A program made the position numbers and the translations under genes. Below, piece after piece: positions 20,718 to 31,683 of a DNA stretch of 64,000 bases. Source of the DNA: Nitrospirales bacterium (GTDB taxonomy: Bacteria > Nitrospirota > Nitrospiria > Nitrospirales > UBA8639). Where the stretch lies: the NCBI GenBank assembly GCA_963555755.3, contig OY820905.2:1344001-1408000 (forward strand), written 5' to 3'. The notes under the pieces are model-generated. The model was not told the DNA's origin. It saw only the letters and a program-made list of their open reading frames with translations, and did not search any database. The stretch's first letter is position 1. The number at the start of each line of letters is the position of its first letter.

Positions 20718-22664
20718 ATGGCACTGAAACCAAAGCCAATGGCTAAGAGCAAACTACCCTCGATGCCCGCTGTGAAAAAGAAAACTCCTAAGAAACGCCC
20801 GGAGACCTTTGCGATCGAACCCTCGCAAGGGCGACAGCTTTTTCTGACCGATGTTGCGCTACGTGATGGCCATCAATCCCTGTTAGCTACGCGGATGCGA
20901 ACCGAAGACCTCATCCCGGCGGCTGAGGAACTTGATAAAGTTGGGTTCTGGTCACTGGAGGTATGGGGCGGCGCGACCTTTGATGCGTGCTTGCGATTTT
21001 TAAAAGAAGATCCCTGGGAACGCCTCAAAACCTTCCGTAAAGCCGCCCCGAATACGCGGCTTCAAATGTTGCTGCGCGGCCAAAACCTAGTCGGCTATCG
21101 TCACTATGCCGACGATGTGTTGGAACAATTCATTGTCAAATCCGCAGAGCATGGGATCGACGTGTTTCGGATCTTCGATGCCCTGAACGACATTCGCAAT
21201 ATCAAGCCGGCCATGAAAATCGTCAAACAGTGCAAAAAACATGTTGAGGCGACGATTTGCTACACCGTCAGCCCCGTCCATAGCCTGCATCACTATGTGG
21301 AACAGGCCAAACAACTCGAAGGTCTTGGGACGGACAGTATCTGCATCAAGGATATGGCCGGATTGCTCCCTCCGTTTGAAGCGTACGACCTCGTGCGGCG
21401 GATGAAAGCTGCCGTTCGCGTTCCCATTCATCTGCACACACATTACACCTCGGGCATGGCATCCATGTCCTCGCTCATGGCAATACTCGGTGGGCTTGAT
21501 ATTTTGGACACCGCGATGTCTCCGCTCTCCGGGGGCACCTCGCATCCACCCACCGAATCGTTTATTGCCGCCCTGAAGGATACGCCCTATGACACGGGAT
21601 TGGATTTAAAAAAACTCACCCCGGTTGCGGCAAAACTGCGAGAGGCTCGGAAAAAATACCATCAGTTTGAAAGCGACTTTACGGGTGTGGATGCCGACAT
21701 TCTGCTTTCTCAAGTGCCGGGAGGCATGCTCTCGAACCTTGCCTTACAATTGACTGAACAAAATGCCATTGAAAAAATGCAAGAAGTGCTGGAAGAAATC
21801 CCTCGGGTGCGGAAAGACATGGGGTATCCGCCCCTTGTCACCCCGAGTAGCCAAATCGTGGGAAGCCAGGCGACCATGAATGTCCTGACCGGTGAGCGAT
21901 ATAAAGTCATCACCAACGAAACGAAGAATTATTTCCTCGGGTTTTACGGAAAACCACCAGGGTCGTTGAATTCCAAAATACGGCAAAAGGCGAGTGCCGG
22001 TGAAAAACCCATCACCGGAAGACCGGCGGATAATTTAGATCCCGAATTGCCGGAAGCGAAAAAAGAGTTAGCCGATCATCAAGTCTCGGCAGAAGATGTC
22101 TTGTCCTATGCCCTCTTCCCTTCGGTCGCGCTTCAATTCATCGATGAGCGTGAACGGGGAGAACTCAAACCCGAAGTACTTGAACCTTCCCCGCAAGGCG
22201 GACAAACTTTAGATTCCCGTGATCTCCATCTGGCCCCAGTAGAATTTCGAGTTATGCTGCACGGCGAGACGTATCACATTCACGTCTCCGGCTCTGGCAA
22301 AATCGTGGATGGACGAAAGCCCTATTACATAAAAGTAGATGACAAACTCGAAGAAGTGTATCTCGAAACCCTGCAAGAAGTGCTGGCGAGCGGTCCGGAA
22401 TCCCCTGTCAGTGCGGGCACTGCCAAGGGCGGACGCCCCAAAGCCAGCGGCCCCGGAGACGTGACCACGCCCATGCCGGGTCGTGTCGTCAAGGTATTAG
22501 TAGCCGAAGGAGCCAAAATTTCCACAGGCGATCCGGTCCTGGTCATCGAAGCGATGAAAATGGAAAACCAAGTGACCGCTCCCATCGACGGCACGGTGAA
22601 AACCATTCACGTCAAAGAAGGCGATCAGGTGAACTCCGACGAAACCCTGATCAAAATTGAATGA
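20718..22664 (+). CDS. Carboxyltransferase plus biotin carrier subunit (pyruvate or 2-oxoglutarate carboxylase subunit B)
   Basis: LRDGHQSLLATRMR, WGGATFD, IKDMAG, HLHTH, EAMKM biotin site. Confidence 0.92.
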   Translation: MALKPKPMAKSKLPSMPAVKKKTPKKRPETFAIEPSQGRQLFLTDVALRDGHQSLLATRMRTEDLIPAAEELDKVGFWSLEVWGGATFDACLRFLKEDPWERLKTFRKAAPNTRLQMLLRGQNLVGYRHYADDVLEQFIVKSAEHGIDVFRIFDALNDIRNIKPAMKIVKQCKKHVEATICYTVSPVHSLHHYVEQAKQLEGLGTDSICIKDMAGLLPPFEAYDLVRRMKAAVRVPIHLHTHYTSGMASMSSLMAILGGLDILDTAMSPLSGGTSHPPTESFIAALKDTPYDTGLDLKKLTPVAAKLREARKKYHQFESDFTGVDADILLSQVPGGMLSNLALQLTEQNAIEKMQEVLEEIPRVRKDMGYPPLVTPSSQIVGSQATMNVLTGERYKVITNETKNYFLGFYGKPPGSLNSKIRQKASAGEKPITGRPADNLDPELPEAKKELADHQVSAEDVLSYALFPSVALQFIDERERGELKPEVLEPSPQGGQTLDSRDLHLAPVEFRVMLHGETYHIHVSGSGKIVDGRKPYYIKVDDKLEEVYLETLQEVLASGPESPVSAGTAKGGRPKASGPGDVTTPMPGRVVKVLVAEGAKISTGDPVLVIEAMKMENQVTAPIDGTVKTIHVKEGDQVNSDETLIKIE

Positions 22665-22853
22665 CACCAAAACGACCAACCGTTCACCCTTCAACGGAGA
22701 CCAGGGCAAACGGTTTACATTATATCTGCCCTTCCAAGGGAAGTTTTCCCTCATGTGAAAACCCAAAATTTCCGTTCGTGCTGAGCCCTGAACTTGTCGA
22801 AGGGTCGAAGCGCCAAAGGAAAAAATTACTGGAGTCAATCCCCATCCGGCAGC

Positions 22854-23795
22854 ATGCTTAACCTCCTACGTGTGTTCGTTTCATTGTTGCTCATCACAAG
22901 CCTAGTGACCAGTTGCACCTTGAAAACCCCCAGAACTCCCCGACACATCAATCTGCTTCACCAACATACCGTCCACACAACAACCGTCAACGGCCATAGG
23001 CTTGCCTATCTCGATGAAGGCCAAGGCGCTCCCGTCATCCTCATTCACGGATTCGGCGGGTCAATGTGGCAATGGGAGCATCAACAGAAAGAGCTGGCCC
23101 AACACTATCGAGTCATCACCCTCGACATGTTAGGGTCCGGGCTATCCGACAAACCGGAGATCGACTACGCCCCGACTCTCCTCCTCAATTCCATCACGGA
23201 ATTTATGGATAAGGCAGGCATTCAACAAGCTACCCTTATCGGCAACTCCATGGGCGCAGGCGTGGCTATTGGTATGGCCTTGACCCATCCGGAACGCGTA
23301 TCAAAACTCGTACTTATAAGTGGATTCCCAGCCAATATGGTAGAGAGTATCGCCTCTCCTTCATACAAGCGCTTTATCAACACCCGTCCCCCTATCTGGC
23401 TCGCACGATTGGGAATGTGGATCGCTGGACGATGGGCGACCAAAGGAATCCTGACCGAAATTATTCATAATCCCAACTACATCACGCCACTTGTCATCGA
23501 GCGTTCTTATCGAAACCGTCAGGATCCAGGATTTCTTCCCCCGCTCTATTCACAAATCGACCAGATTCAAGAATGGGAAGAACACTTCGCCCCACGCTTA
23601 GGAGACATCTCACATCCCACACTCATTATTTGGGGAAAAGATGATCGAGTGTTTCCGCCGTCCGTAGGCCAAACCATGCACACGACCATGACCCAGAGCA
23701 CCTTCTTAGAAGTGCCCAACTCAGGCCATATTCCACAATGGGAAAATCCTACAATCGTGAACCCTGCGATTCTTCAGTTCCTCGCTGGCAATTAG
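22854..23795 (+). CDS. Alpha/beta hydrolase, probable lipoprotein
   Basis: HGFGG, GNSMG nucleophile elbow, GH; hydrophobic N-terminus ending VTSC. Confidence 0.88.
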   Translation: MLNLLRVFVSLLLITSLVTSCTLKTPRTPRHINLLHQHTVHTTTVNGHRLAYLDEGQGAPVILIHGFGGSMWQWEHQQKELAQHYRVITLDMLGSGLSDKPEIDYAPTLLLNSITEFMDKAGIQQATLIGNSMGAGVAIGMALTHPERVSKLVLISGFPANMVESIASPSYKRFINTRPPIWLARLGMWIAGRWATKGILTEIIHNPNYITPLVIERSYRNRQDPGFLPPLYSQIDQIQEWEEHFAPRLGDISHPTLIIWGKDDRVFPPSVGQTMHTTMTQSTFLEVPNSGHIPQWENPTIVNPAILQFLAGN

Positions 23796-24104
23796 GTGAC
23801 AAGGAAATACCGGATTCCCGCTAACAACCGCCGAGATGGCGTCGAATGCACCTTGTCAATGACAACACACCAACCCATTAAGCTGGACGCCGGATTCGTT
23901 TGGATGTAATTTTTTCTCTTGAAACGGACGACAAAGAAGCTGAAAGTTACTACTTCCCGTATCCCGCAGTTGAAACATCACGGGAGCAATCCCATGACTG
24001 ATGAAACCGTTCAACTTCAACATTCTCCAAACCCGATTCAGGACTAAGCCCTCGGCACGACCCTAGTGTGGTGTAGAAGAACCCGTGCTTGAGAAGCTCT
24101 GGCA

Positions 24105-24377
24105 ATGGCTACCGGAACAACTCTGGCAAGAAGTGTCGATCCCTCGGACATGAGCCTTACCGATATTCTCCCGACTCACATTCGCCATTTTTCGTATTCA
24201 GATTCTCTCACCACTCCACCCTGTACAGAGGGGGTCCAGTGGGTTATCCGGGAGGAACCGATCCTCATTTCCCAACAGGATGTGGATCAATTCGTCCACA
24301 TCATTGGACACCATGCCCGTCCCATCCAACCCTTGGGAAACCGACAGATTGAAGAAAACGGACTGGGCAACATGTAG
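24105..24377 (+). pseudogene. Alpha-carbonic anhydrase C-terminal fragment
   Basis: YSDSLTTPPCTEGVQW..ARPIQPLGNR matches the alpha-CA C-terminus; no N-terminal zinc-binding part. Confidence 0.8.
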
Positions 24378-24520
24378 AACGGTTGGACCTTGTTCCGAAC
24401 CAACACCCAGACACCTTCCAAGTAATCCAAGCCCAGGCTTCGGGTTCCCGGACAATAAACCGATACAACATTCATGAATTGTGAGTATACGCCAATGAAC
24501 GAGCGACTAAGGAGTGAGTA

Positions 24521-26356
24521 ATGCCCTACCAGCCGATCGAAAACTACGGATTGATTGGGAATATGCATACCACGGCCCTTGTGGGGATGAACGGGTCCAT
24601 CGACTGGTTTTGCTTCCCATATTTTGATTCCCCAAGCATCTTTGCGGCCATCCTGGATGAACACAAAGGGGGATGGTTTAAGATTGCGATCAAGGGCAAT
24701 ACCGCGACCCAAAAACAATACTACTGGCCTGACACCAATGTGTTAGTCACACGGTTTCTTTCTACCCAGGGGGTTGGAGATGTCGTTGACTTTATGCCCG
24801 TCGGACTCAAAGAAACCGACGTGGGTTATCATGGGATCGTTCGTCGTGTGCAAGCGATTCGAGGAAACGTGACGTTCAGGCTGGAATGTTTCCCTGCTTT
24901 TAATTACGCCCGGGATTTGCATACCACCTCGGTCACTCCTGATGGAGTGTGCTTCAGTGCCAATAGCTTACACCTCCGCCTGGGCTCGACCATTCCCTTA
25001 CAACTGGACGGCAATGGGGTCGTGGCCGAGTTTGAATTACAAGAGGGGCATGAATTGAGTTTCACCCTCCAGGAAGTCGGGCCGGACTACGAACGTTGTG
25101 TCGCGATTGCTCAAGACCAAGCTGATGATCTGTTCCGTCAAACCGTAAAATATTGGCGCCAATGGCTGGGGCATTGCACGTATCACGGTCGTTGGCGGGA
25201 ACGTGTTCAACGCTCGGCGCTCACCCTCAAACTCCTGACCTTCGAACCAACTGGGGCCATGGTCGCCGCACCCACCTGTAGCCTTCCCGAAGGTATTGGG
25301 GGACAACGGAATTGGGATTACCGCTACACGTGGATTCGTGATGCGGCCTTCACATTATACGGACTACTCCGTATTGGGTTTACCGATGAAGCTGCAAAAT
25401 TCATGCAGTGGCTGGAGGCCCGGTGCCACGAACTTCGCCCAGATGGTTCGCTGCAAATCATGTATGGAATCGATGGCCGGCACGAACTCCGGGAAGAAAC
25501 CCTTGACCACCTTGAAGGCTATAAACAATCCCGACCTGTTCGGGTGGGCAATGGAGCGTATGGCCAACTGCAGTTGGATATCTACGGTGAGCTTATGGAC
25601 TCTGTGTATCTGTACAACAAATATGGCACTCCCATTTCCTATGATCTCTGGAAACATCTCCGCCGTCTGATTAACTGGGTATGCGACAATTGGCAACGGC
25701 CAGACGAAGGGATATGGGAGGTGCGCGGTGGACAGCAACATTTCCTGTATTCCAAACTGATGTGCTGGGTGGCCGTCGATCGTGGGTTGCGACTCGCGGA
25801 GAAACGTTCATTTCCGGCTGATCGGGATCGTTGGTTACACGTACGCGATACGATCTATGAAGAGATCATGGAGAAGGGATGGAGTGAAAGCCGCCAAGCC
25901 TTTGTGCAACGCTATGGAAGTGAAACCCTTGATGCAGCCAATCTTATGATGCCTCTGGTCTTTTTTGTCTCCCCCACCGATCCTCGTATGCTGAAGACCT
26001 TGGATGCCATAAACCAATCCCCGGAAAAGGGAGGGCTGGTCGCCAATGGCCTAGTCTATCGGTACAAGGTCGACGAAACCGAAGATGGCCTTGAAGGCGA
26101 AGAAGGTACGTTTAATATTTGCACTTTTTGGTTAGTCGAGGCGCTCACACGGGCAGGCCATGTTGATCGGGCCCGGCTGGATGAAGCACGGCTCATGTTT
26201 GAACAAATGCTCGGGTACGCCAATCACCTCGGACTCTATGCCGAAGAAACCGGCCACCACGGCGAAGCCCTGGGCAACTTTCCGCAAGCCTTTACCCACC
26301 TCGCCTTAATCAGTGCCGCGTTTAATCTTGATCGCGCGCTCGGATCACACGGGTAG
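24521..26356 (+). CDS. GH15 glucoamylase/trehalase family protein
   Basis: [34 protein letters not shown]. Confidence 0.93.
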   Translation: MPYQPIENYGLIGNMHTTALVGMNGSIDWFCFPYFDSPSIFAAILDEHKGGWFKIAIKGNTATQKQYYWPDTNVLVTRFLSTQGVGDVVDFMPVGLKETDVGYHGIVRRVQAIRGNVTFRLECFPAFNYARDLHTTSVTPDGVCFSANSLHLRLGSTIPLQLDGNGVVAEFELQEGHELSFTLQEVGPDYERCVAIAQDQADDLFRQTVKYWRQWLGHCTYHGRWRERVQRSALTLKLLTFEPTGAMVAAPTCSLPEGIGGQRNWDYRYTWIRDAAFTLYGLLRIGFTDEAAKFMQWLEARCHELRPDGSLQIMYGIDGRHELREETLDHLEGYKQSRPVRVGNGAYGQLQLDIYGELMDSVYLYNKYGTPISYDLWKHLRRLINWVCDNWQRPDEGIWEVRGGQQHFLYSKLMCWVAVDRGLRLAEKRSFPADRDRWLHVRDTIYEEIMEKGWSESRQAFVQRYGSETLDAANLMMPLVFFVSPTDPRMLKTLDAINQSPEKGGLVANGLVYRYKVDETEDGLEGEEGTFNICTFWLVEALTRAGHVDRARLDEARLMFEQMLGYANHLGLYAEETGHHGEALGNFPQAFTHLALISAAFNLDRALGSHG

Positions 26357-26407
26357 TCGTCAATCCAGCGACTGAAAGCTCATCCCGCATTCTTTGAGAC
26401 AAATGGG

Positions 26408-26484
26408 TCCCATATTTTAAAAAGAAGTGCACCACCTCCTGATGACCTAGGATACGGTGGTGCACTTCTTTTTAAAATATGGGA
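26408..26484. repeat. Perfect 29-bp inverted repeat with 19-nt spacer
   Basis: 26408-26436 is the exact reverse complement of 26456-26484. Confidence 0.9.
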
Positions 26485-26624
26485 TACTACTGAGAGACCA
26501 AATCAGTAGAAACCGGTAAGGCTGTCCTCCCAGGCGATACTCCCAATTTTCAGAACCGGTGTTTGGCATAATTGACACCCCGTGGCCCCCTTGCTACTTT
26601 TCTGCTTGGCCAAAATGGCGTGTA

Positions 26625-26765
26625 GGGCACCTCTAAAAACCAGGCATTTTTTGTGAGGGCAAGGAAGCCGCGCGCGGAAAACCGGAGTGTATGGGCGAAT
26701 ACATGAGGATGTGAGCACGCGGCTGACGCCGCCATCACGGAAAAGGACGGTTTTTAGAGGTGCCC
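26625..26765. repeat. MITE family A, copy 3 (inverted)
   Basis: Reverse complement of copy 2; TGTA on both flanks. Confidence 0.9.
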
Positions 26766-26799
26766 TGTATATTTCCTATTCCCGAGGGTGTGATATCAA

Positions 26800-27193
26800 C
26801 AACAGTGGCTAACCTGGAAGATCCTTCAAAGCTACGACCTATGCGGACGTGGGCTCGAGCACAACCGGCTATGCTGACATAGTGGCAGTAGAAAATGGAC
26901 CATCCAAGGTTTTGCCTGATAAGCTCCTGAACGTTTATTGGGAAATCCGCGACCTAACGACCGGAACGGACAGAGTTCAGACGTCGGTACCAAGTACCAA
27001 TCGGCAATATTTTTTTTACACACCAGAGCAAGAGTCCGCTGCACGCGCGTCAAAGGAAAGGCTGGAACGCGCTGGCAGGTATAAGAATCCCATCGGAACA
27101 GCGATCACCCCTGCCTCCCAATTCTACAATGCGGAAGAGTATCATCGGCAATATTTGGAAAAGCGGGAACTCAACCACTACACGATAAAGTGA
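26800..27193 (+). pseudogene. msrA: Degenerate MsrA remnant (left boundary approximate)
   Basis: FYNAEEYHRQYLEK C-terminus and decayed TY..V....TG and TDR..Q motifs; GCFW catalytic motif absent. Confidence 0.75.
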
Positions 27194-27266
27194 ACATGTA
27201 GCAAGAGGCAAACAGTTCTGGCTTCTGAGTTTTGTACTCACCCTGGCCTTTCTCTTTAAGGAAGAT

Positions 27267-28406
27267 ATGGATATCACTGGGGTTCTGAAAACACTGTCGG
27301 GCTTTGTGGGGAAAGACCCCTGGATTTTGCAGGTCTTTGTGGTGGTCTTTTTGACCCTTGTGGTCAACTACTTGCAAAGACGCATGCTGAACAAGCTCCA
27401 CGTAAAGATCGAGAAGACCGCGACCTATTGGGATGATGCGGTCTTCCATGCCGTCAAAAAGCCGCTAACCGTGCTGATCTGGATTGTCGGCATGGCCTTC
27501 GCCATCGATATCATCCGCCACGAGGCCGGAGCAGCAATCTTTGACGCCATAGATCCCGTCCGGGATTCGGGCATCATTGCCACCCTGGCTTGGTTCCTGG
27601 CAGGCCTCATCACCCAGGCCAAAACGAATATCATTGCTCAGCGAGAGGCGAGCGGTGAGCCCTACGACCGCACCACCATGAACGCCATTGCCAAGTTGCT
27701 GCGGGTGTCCGTCATGATTACCACCACGCTGGTGGTGTTACAGACACTCGGATTCAGTGTATCCGGCGTCTTAGCCTTTGGTGGGATTGGGGGCATTGCC
27801 ATCGGCTTCGCGGCCAAGGACTTGCTGGCCAACTTTTTCGGTGGCTTGATGATCTACCTCGACCGCCCCTTTGCAGTCGGCGACTGGATCCGATCTCCGG
27901 ATCGGGATATCGAAGGTACGGTGGAACATATCGGCTGGCGTCTGACCCGAATCCGCACTTTCCAGCTACGCCCCTTATTTATTCCCAATTCCACCTTTGC
28001 CACCATTGCCCTTGAAAACCCATCGAGGATGCCCAACCGCCGGATCTACGAAACGATCGGCATACGCTACGATGACGCGAGCAAGATGACTGAGATCGTG
28101 CGGGATGTGGAAAAGATGCTGCGCGCCCACCCTGAGATCAATGCCGATCTAACCCTGATGGTCAGCTTTAACACCTTCGCACCCTCGTCCCTGGACTTTT
28201 TTATTTACACCTTCACCAAGACCAAGAAATGGGTCTACTACCATATTGTCAAGCAAGACGTCTTACTGCGGATCCTGAAAATCATCGAATCTCATGGGGC
28301 GCAGATCGCCTTCCCGACCTCCACAGTCCACGTCCCCGATGGCCTGCCAATGTGGCAGGAACCAGAGGAGAAAGAGGACAAGTCACCGAAGCGGTTGGCG
28401 CCCTGA
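27267..28406 (+). CDS. MscS-family mechanosensitive channel
   Basis: TM helices; GGIAIGFAAKD, DRPFAVGDWI, GTVEHIGWR, IAFPT. Confidence 0.93.
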   Translation: MDITGVLKTLSGFVGKDPWILQVFVVVFLTLVVNYLQRRMLNKLHVKIEKTATYWDDAVFHAVKKPLTVLIWIVGMAFAIDIIRHEAGAAIFDAIDPVRDSGIIATLAWFLAGLITQAKTNIIAQREASGEPYDRTTMNAIAKLLRVSVMITTTLVVLQTLGFSVSGVLAFGGIGGIAIGFAAKDLLANFFGGLMIYLDRPFAVGDWIRSPDRDIEGTVEHIGWRLTRIRTFQLRPLFIPNSTFATIALENPSRMPNRRIYETIGIRYDDASKMTEIVRDVEKMLRAHPEINADLTLMVSFNTFAPSSLDFFIYTFTKTKKWVYYHIVKQDVLLRILKIIESHGAQIAFPTSTVHVPDGLPMWQEPEEKEDKSPKRLAP

Positions 28407-28654
28407 GCCATCTTCCCAGATTTTTCCGCCCTCCCTTGATTGAGGTTCCGGGAATAAGAAATTTCGGTCCGTCCGGGTTTTCCATGGGTTGTCCCCAGTC
28501 TGCTGTTCCTTAGGGGTCGCACAAGAATAACTTCCCCTGTTTGGGCGTCGATCCATCCCGTGTGGCGGAAGGTGACAGTACCGTTGGAACGCCTCAGGAA
28601 TTGTGGGCTTCGCATGGGCGAAACCCACAACTTCCGCCGAGGATAACTCCTCGG

Positions 28655-28741
28655 CTATTTCCCCTGCTTCTTTTTTTCCTGTTTACTGGCTTTCTGTTTT
28701 TTACTTTTGTCTTTATCCTTTTTTCCGCCTTTGTCTCCCAT
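28655..28741 (-). CDS. 28-aa lysine-rich small protein MGDKGGKKDKDKSKKQKASKQEKKKQGK
   Basis: AAGGAGG SD just upstream of ATG; hairpin CCGAGGA..TCCTCGG directly after the stop; too short for the ORF track. Confidence 0.65.
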   Translation of the reverse strand: MGDKGGKKDKDKSKKQKASKQEKKKQGK

Positions 28742-29010
28742 GGTATACCTCCTTTTGATGTGAAATGGACCGTCTTTCCCTGGATCGTTAATAAGGGCAC
28801 GCTACGCTTTATTGTCAGTCCTCCAAGAAATAGGGTTTAGGAGCCCGTCCAAGATTAGACGGATCTACTGCGGATGCACTGGATTTGGCCGGATATTTCC
28901 ACCCACTCTACCAAAATGAATACAAAGAAACGATTTATTTTTCAAGAAAATAAATTCTTATTTTCCTGAAAAGGATTTGTTTAAACTTTCAACTGTGGAA
29001 AAGGGTTTTA

Positions 29011-29056
29011 TTGGAGCGGGTGAGGAGATTCGAACTCCCGACCAACGGCTTGGGAA
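29011..29056 (-). repeat. att site: duplicated 3' part of tRNA-Gly(CCC)
   Basis: 46 bp identical to 48918-48963. Confidence 0.93.
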
Positions 29057-29454
29057 TACGCACAGGGGAATTGCTCAACGCTAGTAAAGACGGGCAATTC
29101 CCCTCCCCATCTACACAATCGCTTCCTTGCCTCTTTGCCTGACTTTGCCTCTCTCTGCCTCACTTCCCACCCGGTTGTCTGTATTTTTAACACCTATTTA
29201 ACACCTCGCCGCACGCCCGTTTTTCGATCAAATAAACCCCGAAACATTATCGTCCTGCAAAAAGTCGATCCCCACAATTGTTTTGTTCGACGGTCAAAGG
29301 CCGGACCCCTCGTATAACTCTTGCTATTTTTTGGAAATGGCGATACTAGGTAAAATTACGTATCATCATTCTACCACGAACCTCACATTGTTTTGTGGTG
29401 AGATGTCGTCGCGGCTTTGATCGTTGTCCTTGACGACTCAATCTCCTCACTCGT

Positions 29455-29603
29455 GACTCGTTTAATGTCTCGAACCAGTTTATCCGCTTCCACTTTGGGG
29501 TCCTGTTTGGGCTTCATCGTCGCTCCTTTCATGAACTACGATGAGCCAAAAACATCACCTTAGCAATCCTCCCTATTTGTCCAACATGTGCTGACACGAA
29601 ACA
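29455..29603 (-). pseudogene. IS3-family left-end remnant
   Basis: Terminus TGTTTCGTGTCAGCA followed by MKPKQDPKVEADKLVRDIKRVT (OrfA-like), then truncated. Confidence 0.6.
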
Positions 29604-30071
29604 GTAATACGTTTGCATCCAGCCTCCCTGGGTCAGGGCACTCAAAGTTTTATTGCGAAAACTGATGGGCAGAGACTACAGAGCGCCAGGTCAGGCGATC
29701 ATACAATGAATGGCCGGCTCACGAGCTTTAAGCTAGGCCGTTACCGCTTGAGTTCTCCCAGGCTACCTATTACATGATCAATCGTGGGAGCCCCAGCCAG
29801 AAGACTGTAGGAGGTAACCGTAATCCGCACACTGCCTTCAACGATCCCGCCCCTCGGAAGCTTTAACACTTGTGAAACCTGTGAGCCCGTAAGGATGAAT
29901 CGCCAATTCATAATGAGAGCAAGTGTTACTAAATCAACACAACAGCACATAACTGATAGTAATTAACACTAAGTATTATATGCTATGACAAATTACTGTT
30001 CATTTAGAACTCTTTTATTCTTTAGTAAATCTTATTGTTGCACCGACAAGGAACTAGGGTTGTGAAAAACC

Positions 30072-30195
30072 ATGAAAATTCTAACGCAGTGCTATGAATT
30101 TCCGCCATTGGGTGGAAGTGGCGCGAAAGTGGTGTATGGCTTATCCACCCAGTTGGTAAGGATGGGCCATGAGATCGACCTAATTACCATGATAT
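30072..30195 (+). pseudogene. GT4 glycosyltransferase N-terminal fragment
   Basis: MKILTQCYEFPPLGGSGAKVVYGLSTQLVRMGHEIDLIT, then similarity is lost. Confidence 0.75.
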
Positions 30196-30196
30196 A

Positions 30197-30475
30197 TTGC
30201 CGGACCTTATCATCAAGTGGTCGATGAAGGCTCCTATCCGCTCAATCACATCGCCAAGCATCGGAATTGTCTCAGGCGAGAATCCGGACAGGCGATCCGG
30301 CCGTCATCAGCCATTCGGCTTTCTTATCGCCCAAGGCGACAATATCAAAGAGGGGCATGCAATGGATGATGTTTCTATCTTAGACATCGCTCCAACTCTC
30401 CAGCACTTGATGAACATCACGCCCGAGATGGATTTCGATGGAAGGGTGTTGACTGAAATAATAAGAAACTCATGA
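30197..30475 (+). pseudogene. Alkaline phosphatase/phosphodiesterase family C-terminal fragment
   Basis: PDLII..RSGRH..GFLIA..LDIAPTL parallels the C-terminus of 33562-35154. Confidence 0.8.
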
Positions 30476-30609
30476 GCTTGCCCCCCTCTATTTCACGAAC
30501 CGTAGTCGAATCCAGTGGATTGGAGCGTAGCAGCACGTTGGGTGCTTGAGGCATCAAGCACACAAGCTTGCGAGTAGGGAGATCACCATTGAAATGGATC
30601 AACAACCCA

Positions 30610-31602
30610 ATGAAACGCTGGTTCTTGGCGTTTCTACAACTCTTAGTCAGCACGGGGCTTCTCTATTACATCTTCACCATTGCTCCCCTTGAGCAAATTT
30701 TCTCGGCCTTGACCTCTGCAAATCTTGAGCTGGTGGTCTTGGCCTTTGCATTCATAGCTCTAGGACGATATGCCGACGCTTACCAGATGAAGATGGTAAC
30801 CGATTGCCAGGCAATGGGGGTGTCTACCTTTCGAATTTTTCAGATCAACTTAGCAACATCTTTTTATGAATTATTTCTCCCATCCTATATTGGTGGTGGA
30901 GCCATACGCTGGTACAAACTTTCTCAATCAAACGGGAGACGTGCCGAGGCCTTAGCCGCCATTGGGTTCAATCGGCTTATTATCTTGGTGATGATGGTCC
31001 TTATTGGTACTGGCTGTTGGATGTTTGATGAACAGGCTCGGGCATCGACTTTACACGGCACTGTGTTCATTGTTTTATTGGGATTGTTAGTCATTGGGTG
31101 TGCCATCCTAATGAAGGGTAAAGGCTTTTTATTTTTATCGACTTCTTTAAGAAAAAAACGATTTCCAATTGTTCCCCACATGCTCCAAAGTAAAGCTGAA
31201 AAAGTGACGCGAGCGTTTGGGAAATTTCAATCCCTCCCTCTTACAGTCACACTCCGGATTTTAGGGCTTGGTCTGATTCACCCTTTGTTACTTATTCTGA
31301 TAATGTATCTGCTGGCGATGTCCTTGGCTCTTCCTCTTTCACCCTTAAATATCGGTTGGGTACGCTCATGCATCTTTATTCTCTTGATAGTTCCCATTTC
31401 TGTGGCGGGATTGGGTGTTCGAGAGTGGAGTCTGGCTGTATTGCTTCCTCCTTATGGAGTTACGAGTGAGGAAGCAGTGGCCTTATCGTTTTTACTCTTC
31501 CTTCTGAAGATTTCGTGGGGAGTGCTTGGGGGAATTGTAGAGGGCTGGCATCTTTTTGGTGTAACAAGAAAAATCACAGTTTCAAAACAAATCTCTACTT
31601 GA
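30610..31602 (+). CDS. Lysylphosphatidylglycerol synthase TM / flippase-like membrane protein
   Basis: Multiple TM helices; LFLPSYIGG, PISVAGLGVRE. Confidence 0.85.
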   Translation: MKRWFLAFLQLLVSTGLLYYIFTIAPLEQIFSALTSANLELVVLAFAFIALGRYADAYQMKMVTDCQAMGVSTFRIFQINLATSFYELFLPSYIGGGAIRWYKLSQSNGRRAEALAAIGFNRLIILVMMVLIGTGCWMFDEQARASTLHGTVFIVLLGLLVIGCAILMKGKGFLFLSTSLRKKRFPIVPHMLQSKAEKVTRAFGKFQSLPLTVTLRILGLGLIHPLLLILIMYLLAMSLALPLSPLNIGWVRSCIFILLIVPISVAGLGVREWSLAVLLPPYGVTSEEAVALSFLLFLLKISWGVLGGIVEGWHLFGVTRKITVSKQIST

Positions 31603-31683
31603 GGAAAATATTTAAACTTCCCGGCGGGTAGGTCTATTGCCCCCCTCTGGTTAGCGGGAAGTTTTTTAAAAAGGCAACAAACA

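Noticed and set aside
29011..29056. Second tRNA-Gly gene
   Set aside because: Only the 3' part from the anticodon loop onward is present; it is an att duplicate.
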